A DNA stretch of 57,528 bases, from positions 1-57,528 of the forward strand of contig KZ538628.1 of NCBI GenBank assembly GCA_000934665.2, written 5' to 3'. The DNA is from Catajapyx aquilonaris (Eukaryota). Of the stretch, positions 14,501 to 27,297 are shown one piece after another; the first letter of the stretch is position 1; every line of letters begins with the position of its first letter. The position numbers and the translations under genes are program-made. The notes beneath the pieces were generated by a model, which did no database searches, was not told the DNA's origin, and saw only the letters and a list, made by a program, of their open reading frames with translations.

Positions 14501-17500
14501 AGGACTGGGTCATAAACGTAAGTACGCCGGAATTACAGCAAGTACGCAGCTGACCTTCCATTCCTTATAGTCCAACCTGACGCACCTGATGAGACAAGAG
14601 CATGTCCCAGGGATCGGTATGGGCATCGCCAAGTGCCCGTACGATCCGAACGACAACTCGACAGCCGTTTGGGTGGAGCAGGGCAACCCTGGGAACCTCC
14701 CTGGTCTGTACAGCGGTACCAACGCGGAGTTCACCAAAGCTGACACGGTCATCTTCAGGACAGACCTCTTCAACTTCACCACCACCAGAAGAGTCCACCA
14801 GTTCAAACGAACGCTCAAGTACGACTCCAAATGGCTGGACAGTAAGTACTACACTTGTTAACCAAAAGATGAGACAACTCTCGAGGGAAATACCAACCGT
14901 ATTTAAATGCATTGTTTGTGGTCAGTCTCTCGCATCCAACCGGTCACTTACGACGCTTTTTTTTCTTCCTTTGGCTTGGCTACTAGGGGGAAGAGAAGCG
15001 CTTGAAAGATTTATGAGGCTGGCTTCCAGGCTCGATTTGGTTCTAAATAACATTCGAGAGGACGCTGTACTCTAATCCGACATGGATCCTCCACCACCAC
15101 CGAAAACTCTAGGGGATGCTGGAATTTTATGCCCCCCCAAAAAACCACCTAGTTGCTACATAAGAAAATTGCAATTAATTTTTCACCCTCAACTGAAGCT
15201 GGGGACAATAATTCTGAAGTAGCGAACCCGTTGCCCATAATTCAGTATGGCAATAATAATGCCCGCCGATTTGCCACTTAGTAGTATTCTACACGGATAG
15301 ATGGCGCAACACTCCGTCTGCACACTCCTGCCACCTTCAGATCGATAGGTCGGACAAACATCCGACGGAGAGAATAAGCCTATTAGGAGAGAGATTGGGG
15401 AGGAAATGGCTGGCTAAGAAAGTGTGTGTGTTTTTGGGTGAAGGCGTCCCCCCCGTTTTGGACCCCAATATCCGGCCAATCCGGGGCCGACTCTGGGTGT
15501 TCCTTTTTCTCCCCAGCAGCAGTCCCCCCAATTTCCTCCAGTTCATTTGCAAATTAAGGAGGCGCCCCCCGTTTTGGAAGTTAGTCGGTCGTCGGAATGG
15601 CCGGGAAATGGTCACTACGAGGTTTGATATTCCCGACTCTCGAAAATTGGGCCATTATGTTCCTTTTGGTATTCCGCCAATCCTACCCAGCACAGCCAAG
15701 CTATTACCGAAAATCCTAATTACTCTGCTTGGCATAACCTGTAATGTACGGCTGGTTAATGAGCTTGATCGCTGCCATTTCATAATAAGTCATCCCGACG
15801 ATGTAATTCCAAACATTCATCCGCTTGTTTCATGCTCCATTTTTTTGCTGCTTTGTCGTTGTCGGTTGTGCTTCTAACGACAACTACGATCGTGTGAACC
15901 TGCTATAGGCTAGCTGATAGTATAGGTTGGTGGTGCTGCCTCGGGTAAACGTGGCAATTGCAGGCGGGGGTGGTGGAGAGAAGAATTTGCATAATTGGCA
16001 TCGCGGAAAAGTCGCTGACGTATGAATATTGCATCGACTTTTGTTTCTAGCTTTAATGAGCGCAATTTGAATCCCGAGCGGGTTTTGAAGGGATGGGGGG
16101 GGGGTGGAAAATGTAAGGGAGGTAGAAAAGACGACCGAACCTGCTGCTGCTGGGGGATGCTGCTGGAGGAGAAAGAGATGCCTTTTGTGTTTCCCAGCAT
16201 CCAACAAATTTCCAGGAGTGTTCACGTGTCTTTGAACGTTCCGGTTTGGTGCAGTTGTAGCCAAAATTGGGTTATTTGTGCAAAGAGCCGGATATTTACC
16301 AGACAATCGAGAGAGAGGCGGCTTTTGTGCCTGAAAATCACCGGATTTCGGCAGTTCCCAAAAGCCTGCTGTTTACGCCCTCACGATTTGAGCATCGGTC
16401 GCACGACCAGGCGTCTGGTCGTGCGACCGATGCTCAAATCGTACGAGCGATGCTCAAATCGTGCGACCGATGCTCAAATCGTGCAAGCGATGCTCAAATC
16501 GTGCGACCGATGCTCAAATCGTGCAAGCGATGCTCAAATCGTGCGAGCGATGCTCAAATTGTACGAGCGATGCTCAAATCGTGCCAGCGATGCTCAAATC
16601 GTGCCAGCGATGCTCAAATCGTGCGAGCGATGCTCAAATCGCGCGACCGATGCTCCAATCGTAAACATGACATACAACAACACTTTTTTCTTCCCAATTT
16701 CAGAGCCGAATTTTGTTGGGTCGTACGACATGGGCGACTACGTGTTCTTCTTCTTCCGGGAGACCGCAGTGGAGTACATCAATTGCGGCAAGAACGTGTA
16801 CTCCAGGGTGGCCAGAGTGTGCAAGCAGGACACTGGAGGAAAGAACATTCTGAGCCAGAACTGGGCCACCTATCTCAAAGCCAGGCTCAACTGTTCCATC
16901 CCTGGAGAGTTCCCTTTCTACTTCAACGAAATACGTAAGTAACACGCATCAGCTGGATATATTATGCGATTCACGAGTCCTGGCCTGTTAGGCTCCACCC
17001 ACCTTGTGCCAACGTCAGCGGTGGAATAAATCAGGCCTGGAATGCTCGTGATTCTCGCGAGTAGGAGCCATTGGTGCGGGGTTCGGTCTCAACAAGGGAT
17101 AGGTGGTTCGTCGTATTTCCAGGCCTGGNNNNNNNNNNNNCCCCCCCCCCCCATACGATCCACTGCTGCCTAGTGCTCTCCCCCATCCTCCTGGCAGGCG
17201 TGTGAGGCCATGGCGGACGCGGACGTGGCAACCTCGCCTTCAGAGGGCGGAGGATGGGGGAGGAGCCTAACAGGCCAGGACTCGTGAATCGCATAATAGT
17301 GACATATAGCTTTTTGGTTCGGGGGGGAACCTGCCCTGGAGGCATGGAAACATGCTCTGGACTGGGGTGTAATAAATTGAAATGTGATGATGTCGATAGG
17401 TCGAGAGAGAGGGATTGATGCTGCTGCTCCAGCATCCATCCATGCTGCGTGATGATACAGCTTTAGTTTGGCTTATCCGCCCCCCATTTACACTAGCTGT

Positions 17501-20500
17501 TGATTCATCGTGGGGCGGTTCAGAGGCGATCCGCGGACATGTCTCTTCTGAATAGGTGACAAACTGGACCGAATTTGCTCAGTGATTTTCGTGAAAGAAA
17601 TCACCTTACTCATCAGTGTACTGTACAGGAATGTTGGTTATCGGTTCTATCCGCCTCTACGATAGTTAAATATGCTCACTATCGGAACCCGATTTTTGTC
17701 ATCTCCCTCCCGCGCAGCTCATCCTAGAAAGAGCTCTCTCCTTTTTTTTTAGCTATTTAAAATTATGATAATCCGGGATAGAAAAAGGGGGGTGGTGGTG
17801 GTTTGAAAGGGGTTGGACCCAAAAACGCTGCAGGGTTTGGCCCCAGCTTAATTCCCCGTGTTTTTCAGCATAAACCTCGAAAGCACGTATTACCCGGTAC
17901 TTGTTTAATCCTGTAATGATGGCGGGGATATGGACACATTATACACCGCACCCACTTTGAGCCTATCACAAAAAAATACATCTTTTCTATTATTATGTTT
18001 AAAAAACGGTTACGTCCATAGGGTACTACACTGTACAAAAATTAAATGCAAAAAGTGGGCGGAGCATGGAGATCAATGGGCGGGGCTTAGAAAGTGGGAG
18101 GAGCATACAAACCAGTGGGAGTGGCATATGAATAAATGGACGGAGCCTGGAGATCAATGGGTGGGGCTTATAACGTGGGAGGAGCATACAAACCAGTGGG
18201 AGTGGCATATGAATAAATGGACGGAGCCTGGAGATCAATGGGTGGAGCTTATAACGTGGGAGGAGCATACAAAAACCAGTGGGAGTGGCATATGAATAAA
18301 TGGACGGAGCCTGGAGATCAATGGGTGGGACTTACGTAGAAAGTGGGAGGAGCATAGGAACCAATGGGAGGAGCATTGAGATCAATGGGCAGGTCTTAGA
18401 AAGTAGAGGAGCGTATTAATCAGTGTGGCGCGCATAGAAAGAAATGGGCGGAGCATGAACATCAATGGGAGGAGAGTGGATTTAATTGGTGGAGGCATAG
18501 AAAGTGGGAGGGGCATATGAATCAGGGCAGCAGTGGGAGGGGCATAGAAATGAATGGGTAGAGCATGAAGATCAATGGGCGGGGCTTGGAAAGTGGGCGG
18601 AGCATAGGAAACGGTGGGAGTCGCCTAGAAATCAATGGGCGGAGCTTATTCCCGACATCATTGCTATTTTTGACATTTCTTATGATTCGCCATGTTTTTA
18701 TCTGATTTCCAGAGAGTATCTACAAGCCTCCAGGCAATTCGACGCGTTTCTACGCGGTTTTCACGACGTCTATGAACGGCCTGATGGGTTCGGCCATATG
18801 CTCCTTCACGCTCCAGGCCATCCAGGACGCCTTCAGGGGGAAATTCAAGGAGCAGGCCACAAGCAGCTCTGCCTGGCTACCTGTCCTAAGCTCCAAGGTG
18901 CCTGAACCCAGGCCAGGAGAGTGTGTCAACGACACCCAGACGCTGCCAGGTGAGGCTGGACACTGATTAGGTTTTTTTTTAAAAAAAAATGCAGACAGAT
19001 CGATGATCGATTCAGCTGGGTACATGTACGACCCTCTAAAAAATTCAGGCAGGTAACAACACACCGCATCGACAAACTTGTGTCGATTTATTTTTTTATT
19101 TAAAAAAAAAAAAATCCTGTCTCAACTCTCCGATGCTCAATATATTGCAACCTCAGGCAACAATGTACTTGCCCAACAATTTCAGAGACGCGTATTGTTG
19201 CGTCACTGAATCATTTCGTCGCCTCTACTTTTCATTTTCTCTCTCTCTTTTTTTTGCATTCGTTGTTGTTGCGAGAGAAAGCTGTCTCCTATAGAGAAGG
19301 TGTATATAAAAAAATTCCATTTTCCTCCGGATTTATTGCCTCGTTTATGTGTACCACCCAGTCGGGGGGGCATTATTTTTATTTTTGCATCCCCCCCCCC
19401 CCCCCCATATTTTTTATTCTCCTTCGAGAGAGTGACGAGAGCAATCCCATTTATGCCAGGCGGGTCGTAAGTCACGTCCCAGACGCCACTAGAAAACAAC
19501 TGGAGTCTGGAGAGAAAAATGCTGGAGTAAAATCGACGATCAAGCTATGATGCCAAATATATATATATATTTTTGCGAATCCCACTGGCAGTACAATGAA
19601 AATTAATATGTACTTTTCCTATTGTTTAGACACCGTCCTGAACTTCATCCGGTCTCACCCTTTGATGGACGAGGCAGTGTCCCACGACAGTGGAAAGCCA
19701 GTCTTCTACAAGAGGGACCTCATCTTCACCCATCTGGTAGTGGACAAAGTTGAGAGTGGTATCTACGGGAGCGAGAGAGAGTACACCATCTACTACGCAG
19801 CATCCAGTAAGTTTCCTGCTGCCACACTCCATGAAAAAAAATTAAAAATTAAAAAAATCAAGTCCTCCCCCACCCCTCCTTGATTATACAAATTCAGCTG
19901 CGGTTTTGGCAGGGCCGTTGAATATTTATTGGGAATGTCTTGTGCACCTGTGCTTTTCATTATGCATCCTCCTAATCAAGACCCCCCACTCCCTCCCATG
20001 TACATACCGTACAACCCCCTCCAGCACTCCCAAGCCAAGCGGAAAATCAGCGGCGTTCCAATTGTGTTAGCCCTGATGAGGAGGCTTTTGTCATTGTCAC
20101 TCCATTAGCATAAACACAGCCCCCAGAGCTCCAGCTGGATGCTGGAACTATCCCCTGCCGGTACACCCTGTCGTTTACACGACCCACGAGGAAACCAGAA
20201 CTCTTGACCATTCTACAATTTTTCAGATACCGGAAAGGTCTACAAGATTGTGCAGTGGTTCGACAGCAACGGGGACTCGCACTCTGAGCTGCTCGATGCC
20301 TTCGACGTAACCTCGCCAGACCCCATCAGAGCCATGGAGATTTCAAGCGAAGTGAGTGCATGACGCTAACATGTGATTGTTCACACTTGCACCGCAGAGA
20401 GTTTGTATTACGACCATTTTATTACCATGATTACTCTACCGTGCTTCGTAGAAACCTTTGTATGGCGGCCTAGTACAATATGGGGCATAATAGGTGCTAT

Positions 20501-21720
20501 AAGGCTGCATGCGAGTTTGTCATTATGTATTTTTTTTTTTCCTCGAGCCTGGAAACTCCTGGCCCCCTGTAGTTTCTACACTATTATAGCTTTATAAGGG
20601 GTGCATTAAACCAATTATTCTGTGCGAAATTGTATGGGATTAAAAGCAAGGCACACAGTGCTTGCGGCTCTCAAGCCACTAATATTCTGCTTTTTCTTGG
20701 GTCGACATTTGGCACCTGATAAAAATGATTGAAATTTTTGATTAATCATTGTTCTTCCCCGCAGCATCGATCCTTGTACGTTGCGTCAGATCACCAAATC
20801 AAGCAGATAGACCTGGTGATGTGCAACGGCCGGTACGACAACTGCCTTCGATGTGTTCATGACCCTTACTGCGGATGGGACAAGGAAAACAGCGCCTGCC
20901 GACCATACACCCCTGGGTATGTTTGCAACCATCAATCCCGCATTATTACCTCCCATAATTTATTTACTGGCGATAAGCAGGGCATTGACCGAAGATCATA
21001 CTCCCATTTTTATGACAGCATTTGGCTGCCTTTTACTGCCTTCAGCACTCATTGTCAAAGGTTTGATGATCATGTGTCGTTCACATGTACGTGCAAGTGC
21101 TTGTTACTAATACATTTTACGTCAACAATGGCAGGCTCCTCCAAGATGTGTCGAACAACATTCCTGGCATCTGCGACAACTGCATCCTGAAGAAGAAGAT
21201 GGTGGTGACGTGGGGCCAGAGCGTGCATCTGGGCTGCTCCGTCAAGATGCCCGAGCTCCTGGGCTCCCAGTCGGTGGTCTGGTACCACTACAACAAGGAG
21301 AAGAGCCGATACCAGGTGTTGTATCGGCCGGACAAGTACATCGAGACCTCTGACCACGGGCTGGTCATCATCTCGGCCAACGAGGCGGATGCTGGCCGAT
21401 ACGACTGCAAGCTCGGGGCCAGCACACTCTGCAGCTACAACATCACCGTCGACTCACATCGATGCTCAGCACCGTCCAAGTCGCAGGACTACCAGAAGAT
21501 CTACTCGGACTGGTGCCACGAGTTTGAAAAATACAAGCTCGCCATGAAGTCATGGGAGAGGAAGCAGGCAGTAAGTACCCATCATGCAGTAATTACCGAC
21601 ACGAAGAATATGTGCGCTAATTATCCTTATTAATTTCAGCAATGCAGCAATAGACAAAATGACAGCTCAAACCAGAATTTCCACCCGAACGAGATCGCGC
21701 AGAGAGGACCATTTGTTTGA
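2572..21720 (+). CDS. Sema2a: Semaphorin-2a (secreted class-2 semaphorin: Sema, PSI and Ig domains); 5' exons lie outside the window
   Basis: GT-AG exons 2572-2634 (RDSLVLEPTNVGNCVSKGKSE), 14410-14517 (HYDCRNHIRVIQPMGEGNRLYVCGTNAHNPKDWVIN), 14571-14841 (KCPYDPNDNSTA...KYDSKWLD), 16704-16934 (FFFRETAVEYINCGK...KARLNCSIPGEFPFYFNEI), 18713-18949, 19630-19806 (FIRSHPLMDEAV), 20227-20351, 20765-20916 (PSI: CLRCVHDPYCGWD), 21135-21570 (Ig: DAGRYDC), 21640-21720 (stop TGA). Phases join in frame (1881 nt). No TM segment. Confidence 0.96.
3226..3300 (-). repeat. Dispersed repeat fragment, homologous to 47395-47470
   Basis: Reverse complement contains ACAATATGCGGCGGACCAATCAG and AAGGATTTTAATATTATA, both present on + at about 47404-47463. 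Confidence 0.6.
7191..7714. mobile_element. Foldback MITE family A, full copy with 7-bp TSD
   Basis: Termini CAGGGAGCAT...ATGCTCCCTG; perfect direct repeat ACTGGAC at 7184-7190 and 7715-7721; long internal inverted arms. Confidence 0.9.
7204..7397. mobile_element. Tc1/mariner-type MITE nested in MITE A
   Basis: TA|CAGGGTGGACCAACTTCAAGTGTCGTTTTATAACGGC ... GCCGTTATAAAACGACACTTGAAGTTGGTCCACCCTG|TA: long perfect TIR with TA flanks. Confidence 0.85.
7770..7855. mobile_element. Degenerate short Tc1/mariner-like MITE
   Basis: CAGGGTGTCTCA ... TGAGACAC(AT)CCT imperfect inverted ends. Confidence 0.35.
9062..9385. mobile_element. Foldback MITE family A copy
   Basis: CGGGGAGCATATACTACATAAGAGG ... 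CCTCTTATGTAGTATATGCTTCCTG; flanks TCATCGC / TCGTCGC (6/7 match). Confidence 0.88.
12506..12712. mobile_element. pogo/Tc1-superfamily-like MITE with TA TSD
   Basis: TA|AGGTGAAGTGGGGTAAGTGCATACACGGGGTAAGTGCATA ... TATGCACTTACCCCGTGTATGCACTTACCCCACTTCACCT|TA, plus inner inverted GGCCGCCATATTGGAATGAAAATGGCTGAC. Confidence 0.85.
16370..16668. repeat. 20-bp tandem repeat (GTGCGAGCGATGCTCAAATC, ~12 copies) preceded by one inverted copy; probable MITE in a Sema2a intron
   Basis: Tandem units 16421-16660; inverted unit 16382-16410 gives a palindrome centred near 16412; outer TGTTTACG / CGTAAACA inverted ends. Confidence 0.8.
16960..17298. mobile_element. MITE with ~37-bp TIRs in a Sema2a intron
   Basis: TATTATGCGATTCACGAGTCCTGGCCTGTTAGGCTCC at the left end and its exact reverse complement ending at 17298; contains an N gap. 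Confidence 0.8.
18050..18650 (+). repeat. G-rich degenerate intronic minisatellite
   Basis: Recurring GGAGCAT..AAACCAGTGGGAGTGGCATATGAATAAATGGACGGAGCCTGGAGATCAATGGG blocks (three near-identical, then degenerate). Confidence 0.8.
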
Positions 21721-23649
21721 TGACGAGGTGCGACTGAAGCAGTGACTGATGACCAGTGAGATTATCCAGTCGGTGGAAGTTGTGCGAGCTAAAAGAGCAG
21801 GGCGGGAGAAGCTCCAGTGAAGGCAGAACGAAGAAGACATCCCCCCGCCAATTGTGCCTCGGAGGCGCGTGCAAAAAACAAACGAGTAGAAAAAAAAGTC
21901 ATTATAAAAAAGATGGCCGGCCTAAGGTGGAAAAAGAGGGCCAGGAAACACAGGGTGACCACTTTTCCTTTCCCTCCCACACCCAACAATATCCTTCAAC
22001 TACCTTGCGACTCCTCAGAAATCAAAAAAAGCCCCTTTTTTCTAAAACTATCCGCACACAACCCACCCTTTTTCGGCCACTATTTTGGGGTCAACTTTTT
22101 GCAGCTCGTCCTCCTCGAGACTGGAATTCACCCAAAAAAAAAACAACCCAACCCCCAAAACAACCACCTCAGTTTTAATTATTTTGTATCCTAGAACAAA
22201 AAAAGTGAGATATCGGGACTGATCGATTTGAACTCGCAGTGATTTTTAATTTTAATTTTTTTTACATGTACAGTAGTGACCAAGTGCACTCCATTACTTA
22301 ATGGGGTTTACCCATTTTTTCTCTTTCCCCCCGTTCCCTTAAAAAAAAATATCCTTACCTATATAAAAAAAAAAACACTACAAGAAGAGATCGTGTTTTG
22401 CGATTTCGATACGGATGCAACGCCCAAATCCTCCCAAACAGAATTTTCCAACCCCCCCCAAAAAATAACCTGCCTGTTTTACGATAAAAGACAAAAAGGA
22501 CGGTGCAGTTTTCTTTCTTTTTAAAAAACAAGCCTCGATCTTTTTTTCAGGTCGTTTGGCTCTATGTACAGAAGGCGGGTTATAGGCCCCGACTGTAAAG
22601 GCCCTAGGTGAAAAAAAACAAACAAATATTATTTGAGTGCAAATTTTTTAACAACTTTTATCAGGGTTCATTTTTAAATGGGGTAGAAGCAATTTGGGGA
22701 GCTCCTCAAAATTCGACTATATTTGTTTACAATATTTAGTAATTAGCCCAGTGATTTCCTTCCCCAGTGTGAATATTAAAAATGTACCAAAAAACACAAC
22801 CGTTTTCCTTTAGCATTGAATTAATTGGGAGGGCACTTATTTTCCACACTAATAATTGGCAAAAATAAGTAAATTGGGGAGCCTGATTTTTTTGTTGAAT
22901 TTTAGCAGGTGCAAGCGACTTTATTAACTATTTATAGTAGCAGAAGCTGTCTTTTCGTTTGTTTGTTTTCTTAGCTTTTTTGGGACAGAGGTTCTTTGGT
23001 AAAGTAGTTTGCATGCGGCAGAGCAGGCAAGTTTGTGAGGAGCTCTTCAAAAAGTGAATAAAAAAACAATACTGCGCAAAACAAAAAAGGGCCAAGGGGG
23101 TCGTCGAAACAATACATGCAAAAAAGAAGCACCGCCAATGTTTCTCTTCTCACCCATTGTTATGGGTCGGGTTAAGAGAATGATTGCAAATAAATGAAAT
23201 CACACCCATAAAAATAAATTAAACATAAAGAGGGACCTCTTAGAGTGGACTTTCGGTGAAAAAAAAAAAAGGAGGCAAACGATGTGTGTGCGATGAGAGT
23301 ATGGTGTCTGAGTTCGTATGCACGAGAGCGATCAATCCAATAAAGCCGTAACATTGTTAATTTGTAAGCGTCGTCCCATTCATTCCACCTGCGTTTACCT
23401 GCAACGGTAATATTTTTCACAAGCGCTATGTCCACAGGATTCACCGCCTGCAATTCATTTTCATGTAATATACGGTAAGGGTAGGTTTCTAATACATTAT
23501 TTTCCTGAATCTACCCGACAGCACTGTTCATAGGGTGCAGAAACACTTGGTTCAACAGGTATTGCATTTTTAAATTGCAAAGTAAAAGCAATAAATAAAT
23601 GACACTATTTTGTATTTTGTTGCGTGAGGGAATCTGCATGGTTTAGTAA

Positions 23650-24207
23650 CAGAGAGCATAATCAGCATATACTACGCAGTTATTAGCTCTTGCTACTACA
23701 TAAGAGGCGCAAACTTCTGTCGGCGCCTTTGATGTTCGCGTGTCTCTGTTTGGGGCAGTTGCCAAGGCTGGCGGCCATTTTGAAGTGTGGGCAACGCCAA
23801 CGAGGTATAAATAGGGTACAGGTAAAGTACAGGCAAAAATAGGGTCCGCCATCTTTGATGGTTTTGGCGGCCATGGCAACTACACGGCAAGAACACGCGC
23901 GAATCAAAGATGGCGGCCCCTATTTTTGCCTGAGCCCTATTTATACCCCGTTGGCGTTGCCCACACTTCAAAATGGCCGCCAGCCTTGGCAACGGCCCCA
24001 AACAGAGAGACGCGAACATCAAAGGCGCCGACAGAAGTTTGCGCCTCTTACGTAGTAGCAAGAGCTAATATTAAACTGGTAGTATATGCTGATTATGCTC
24101 CCTGTTACTAGTTCAAGATGGCCGCCAGCCTTGGCAACGGCCCCAAACAGAGAGACGCGGAAATCGAATGTTTGCGCTTCATATGTATAGTATAATTATG
24201 CTCCCTG
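23650..24207. mobile_element. Composite MITE family A (complete copy to 24104 plus an extra right arm to 24207)
   Basis: CAGAGAGCAT at 23650; ATGCTCCCTG ends at 24104 and again at 24207; outer flanks TTAGTAA / GTAGTAA (6/7). Confidence 0.85.
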
Positions 24208-24636
24208 GTAGTAATTTGTTGGTTGTGCATCTGCACTGTCCGTCTTGTGGCCATGATGTTGCTCTGACAACGCCACAATAACGTTCGTTGGTCCCTGCTG
24301 GGGGACCGCCTCAAGAGGGACAGTTTCTTCCCGCTCTTTCTTCGAATCGAATCAGGGGTGCCAACCACAAAGTACAGTCCTATTTAATTATAATTGTTGC
24401 TGTTATTAATTTAGAAATCATAATAAAATAATTGGCACCGTGATAATAACTGCGAGGTTGCCAAGTTGAAACTGGTTGTTGATCTGGCAACCCTGTCTGT
24501 TCTAAATAGAAAATAATAATAAAAAAAAGTGTTCCAAGATGGCGGCTCACATGTAGAGAGAAAATCGAACGTTTCGTTTTTCCTTTTTGAAAGTGACAGC
24601 GTTTGAGAGTCTCGAAAGGATTTTATTAAGAGAAGG

Positions 24637-26278
24637 ATGTCGGGTCGGGAGCTGCATCGTAGGGCCTTCTGGGGGCAGAAGAACATCGTGGGACGCCTGG
24701 CTTCCTCGCAGGTCACAGGACGGGGTCACAAGTCCGTCACACAGGTCAGTTACATCATGGATCTTTCATTTTTTTAAATGATGATGATGATGATACTAAT
24801 TTAAAAAAAAAATTATGTGCAGCTTCCTCCTGAGAGCCTCCGAGGGATCAATGGGGGTCTGGACCTATCCCTGGAGGTGTACGATGCGCTGGACAGCATT
24901 GAACAATGCGCCAGGCAGGACATGCCGGATACGGAGCTGGTCAAGTCGTACTTCCAGGTACAGTTTTGTATTACAAGCGGAATTTATATTAATTGCACCG
25001 TGTCAACCATTCCAGTTGCTGCTGCATTACCTGTGGGGCCTGCAGGATATGGCGCATGACCGGCCCAGCTTCAAGGCGACGGTGAACCTCCTGCTTCAGA
25101 CCAGCTACCCAAGCATCGTCACCATCGTGATGGCCGAAGAGCTGATCCCGAATCCCGCGAAGGAGTCGGACGCCTGGGAAATAAAGAGCCACTGTATGAA
25201 GCTCCTGCACGCCTTTCACGACCTGGTTAGTATCCCACGGAAAAAAAGTCGTATCTCCAAAACGCAGAACTGCAGATACGGCTCTTTTCTGTGTGACGGC
25301 AGATTTCTGCAGATACGGCTTTTTTCTGTGGGACGGCACATTTCTGCAGATAGGGCTTTTTTCTGTGTGACGGCAGATTTCTGCTGATACGGCTTTTTTC
25401 TGTGGGACGGCAGATTTCTGCAGATACGGCTTTTTGTCTGTGGGACGGCAGATTTCTGCATATACGGCTTTTTGTCTGTGGGACGGCAGATTTCTGCAGA
25501 TACGGCTTTTTGTCTGTGGGACGGCAGATTTCTGCAGATACGGCTTTTTTTCTGTGTGACGGCATAACCCGCCGGTATAAACGGTATGATCTATCCACAG
25601 GATTGCAAGGTGGCGAAATCGCTCGCAATTGAGAGCGAGTTCGTACAGCAGTGCTTCCGGCTTCTGTCGCATCCGGTCACCTGCTGCTTCACTTCCTGGT
25701 TCATGTGCCGGGCGCTTCTCAGGGTCACGGACACACTGCGGCTGGTCACCATACGTAAGTTCGTCGCCTAGACGGTGCAGATATGTTCTGATTTCCCATT
25801 TTCAGCGTACTTATGCCCGATGCTTGCGGATCTGGATGCGAGCCAGTTGGCGCAGTTCTGCCCGGTGCTAGCGGAAACCCTGGAGGACAGCGGTCGGTGT
25901 AATGAGGCGCTAATTGCGGACAACGCCAGGCTGCTTCTGCACATCGACGGCTTGGAGGAAAAGATGGCTGAGTACTGCAAGAAGCCGTCGCTTCTGTCCA
26001 TCGCAGGCGGGGAAGGCGACACGACTGCGCTGCTGGCTGCAGGCGGGGAGCACCGCCAGCTGAACTGGCCCAACTGGGTCCTCCTGAAGGTGAAGGTGGT
26101 GCGTCTGGCCCTGGTTAAGAGCAGGAAGGTCCACATGGACAACTTCAGCTACGTCAGCCAGATGCGGGAGCTGCTGGAGGACTACGTCAGCAGCCTTCAG
26201 CAGATTGCAACGTCCGAGGTACTAGCTCAGGAGGATATGGGGCCATGGAGGGAAAGGAGGCGACGGAGGAGTAGGTAA
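24637..26278 (+). CDS. TRPC4AP/TRUSS-like protein, N-terminal half only (paralog A, ~359 aa)
   Basis: Exons 24637-24744, 24823-24957, 25016-25225, 25601-25754, 25806-26278 (1080 nt, in frame). NIVGRLASSQVTGRG resembles recalled human TRPC4AP NILLQLRQGQLTGRG; LDASQLAQFCPVLAETLED resembles FDQQQLANFCRILAVTISE; NARLLLHIDGLEEKM resembles NQAALLSIPGFVERL. AATAAA at ~26326. Confidence 0.75.
25233..25559. repeat. TIR-bounded element with ~37-bp tandem repeats in intron 3 of paralog A
   Basis: About 8 units CTGCAGATACGGCTTTTT(GT)CTGTGGGACGGCAGATTT; left end TCCCACGGAAAAAAAGTCGTATCT is the inverted form of the unit. Confidence 0.8.
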
Positions 26279-27297
26279 AAAGGACGCCCCCGGTCAAGTG
26301 TTGCAGGTCGTGCGTTAAGACACTGAATAAAGTTGACTTTATCATTACGTCGTGCTGCTGCCGGTATTTATTTGGACTTATCGTAGGTTGTGGCTTAGGC
26401 CAATGTAATGTTTAGGTGCGGCACAGTGAAGCCTGTTTGCTCCGCAAATTGGGACCAAGCAAAAAGTGTCATTGCGGACAAGGTTCAACCGAAGTCGTAA
26501 GAGGGTTTCACTGCTGCCGTGTTGTGGTGTCGTGTGTTGTTCATTGTTATGCGGAGGTAATCAGCGTAGGTGCCACGTTGCGACCGTTCAGAATGTGACT
26601 CGGGACAACTTGGCTGCAACCAAATGTTTGTATCGTGAATTGCCTCGCATTGTTTCACATTGTGATCATGCTCTGTCAACATGGATAGTTCAACGTGAAC
26701 CTGTTGTCCGAATCATCCAAGTTGAAGTGCGAATTTTTTTTGAAAAGACACGATGCTTTTTATTTTATTTATATTTTTTACTTTCAAGCTCTCCCGTTTT
26801 TTGGATTTTTGTTGATGAGTATGATAAACTGATCCGTTTCCAGTGGAGTTCGTAATAGCGGCTGTAAAATGATGCCGGAAATCAAAACTCGTCACAATAA
26901 TTGTGGCTCTGACTAATTACTGTACATGTTTGTTGGTCACAATGCTCCTATGCAGTTTGTAAGGGACTGATTTTATCAACTTTTAATTTGCACACTGTGA
27001 AGGAAGGGTAAATAAAATGGATAATAAAAATAATAAAAAAAGCGCATAATCAAACGATCGTGACGTTTCCCTATCTGCGACCTTCATCTCCTGGTTCGAT
27101 TTTCCTCCGAATCCGCAGGTTTGCTCTTGGCAACCGTACTTCAGGACACGCATTGTTCTCGGCTCAAGTACGTTAACGAGCATTTCCAAGGGGTTTCCTT
27201 GGTGACACGGTAATCAGCCAACAATTGGACGACAACACTGGCAAGAGTGAAAATTCTTAACGTGAGTTTCCCAATTTTGGCGTGTTTCGGACTCGGC

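Noticed and set aside
16421..16660. CRISPR-like regular repeats (also 25270-25560, 30719-31320, 35440-36140)
   Set aside because: Head-to-tail repeats without unique spacers, in eukaryotic introns or transposons, with no cas genes.
16022..16703. 5' part of the 306-aa ORF
   Set aside because: Intron and minisatellite read-through; only 16704-16934 is Sema2a coding.
21718..21759. Stop-codon readthrough in Sema2a (TGA TGA C)
   Set aside because: Two consecutive stops and only a short extension; no supporting evidence.
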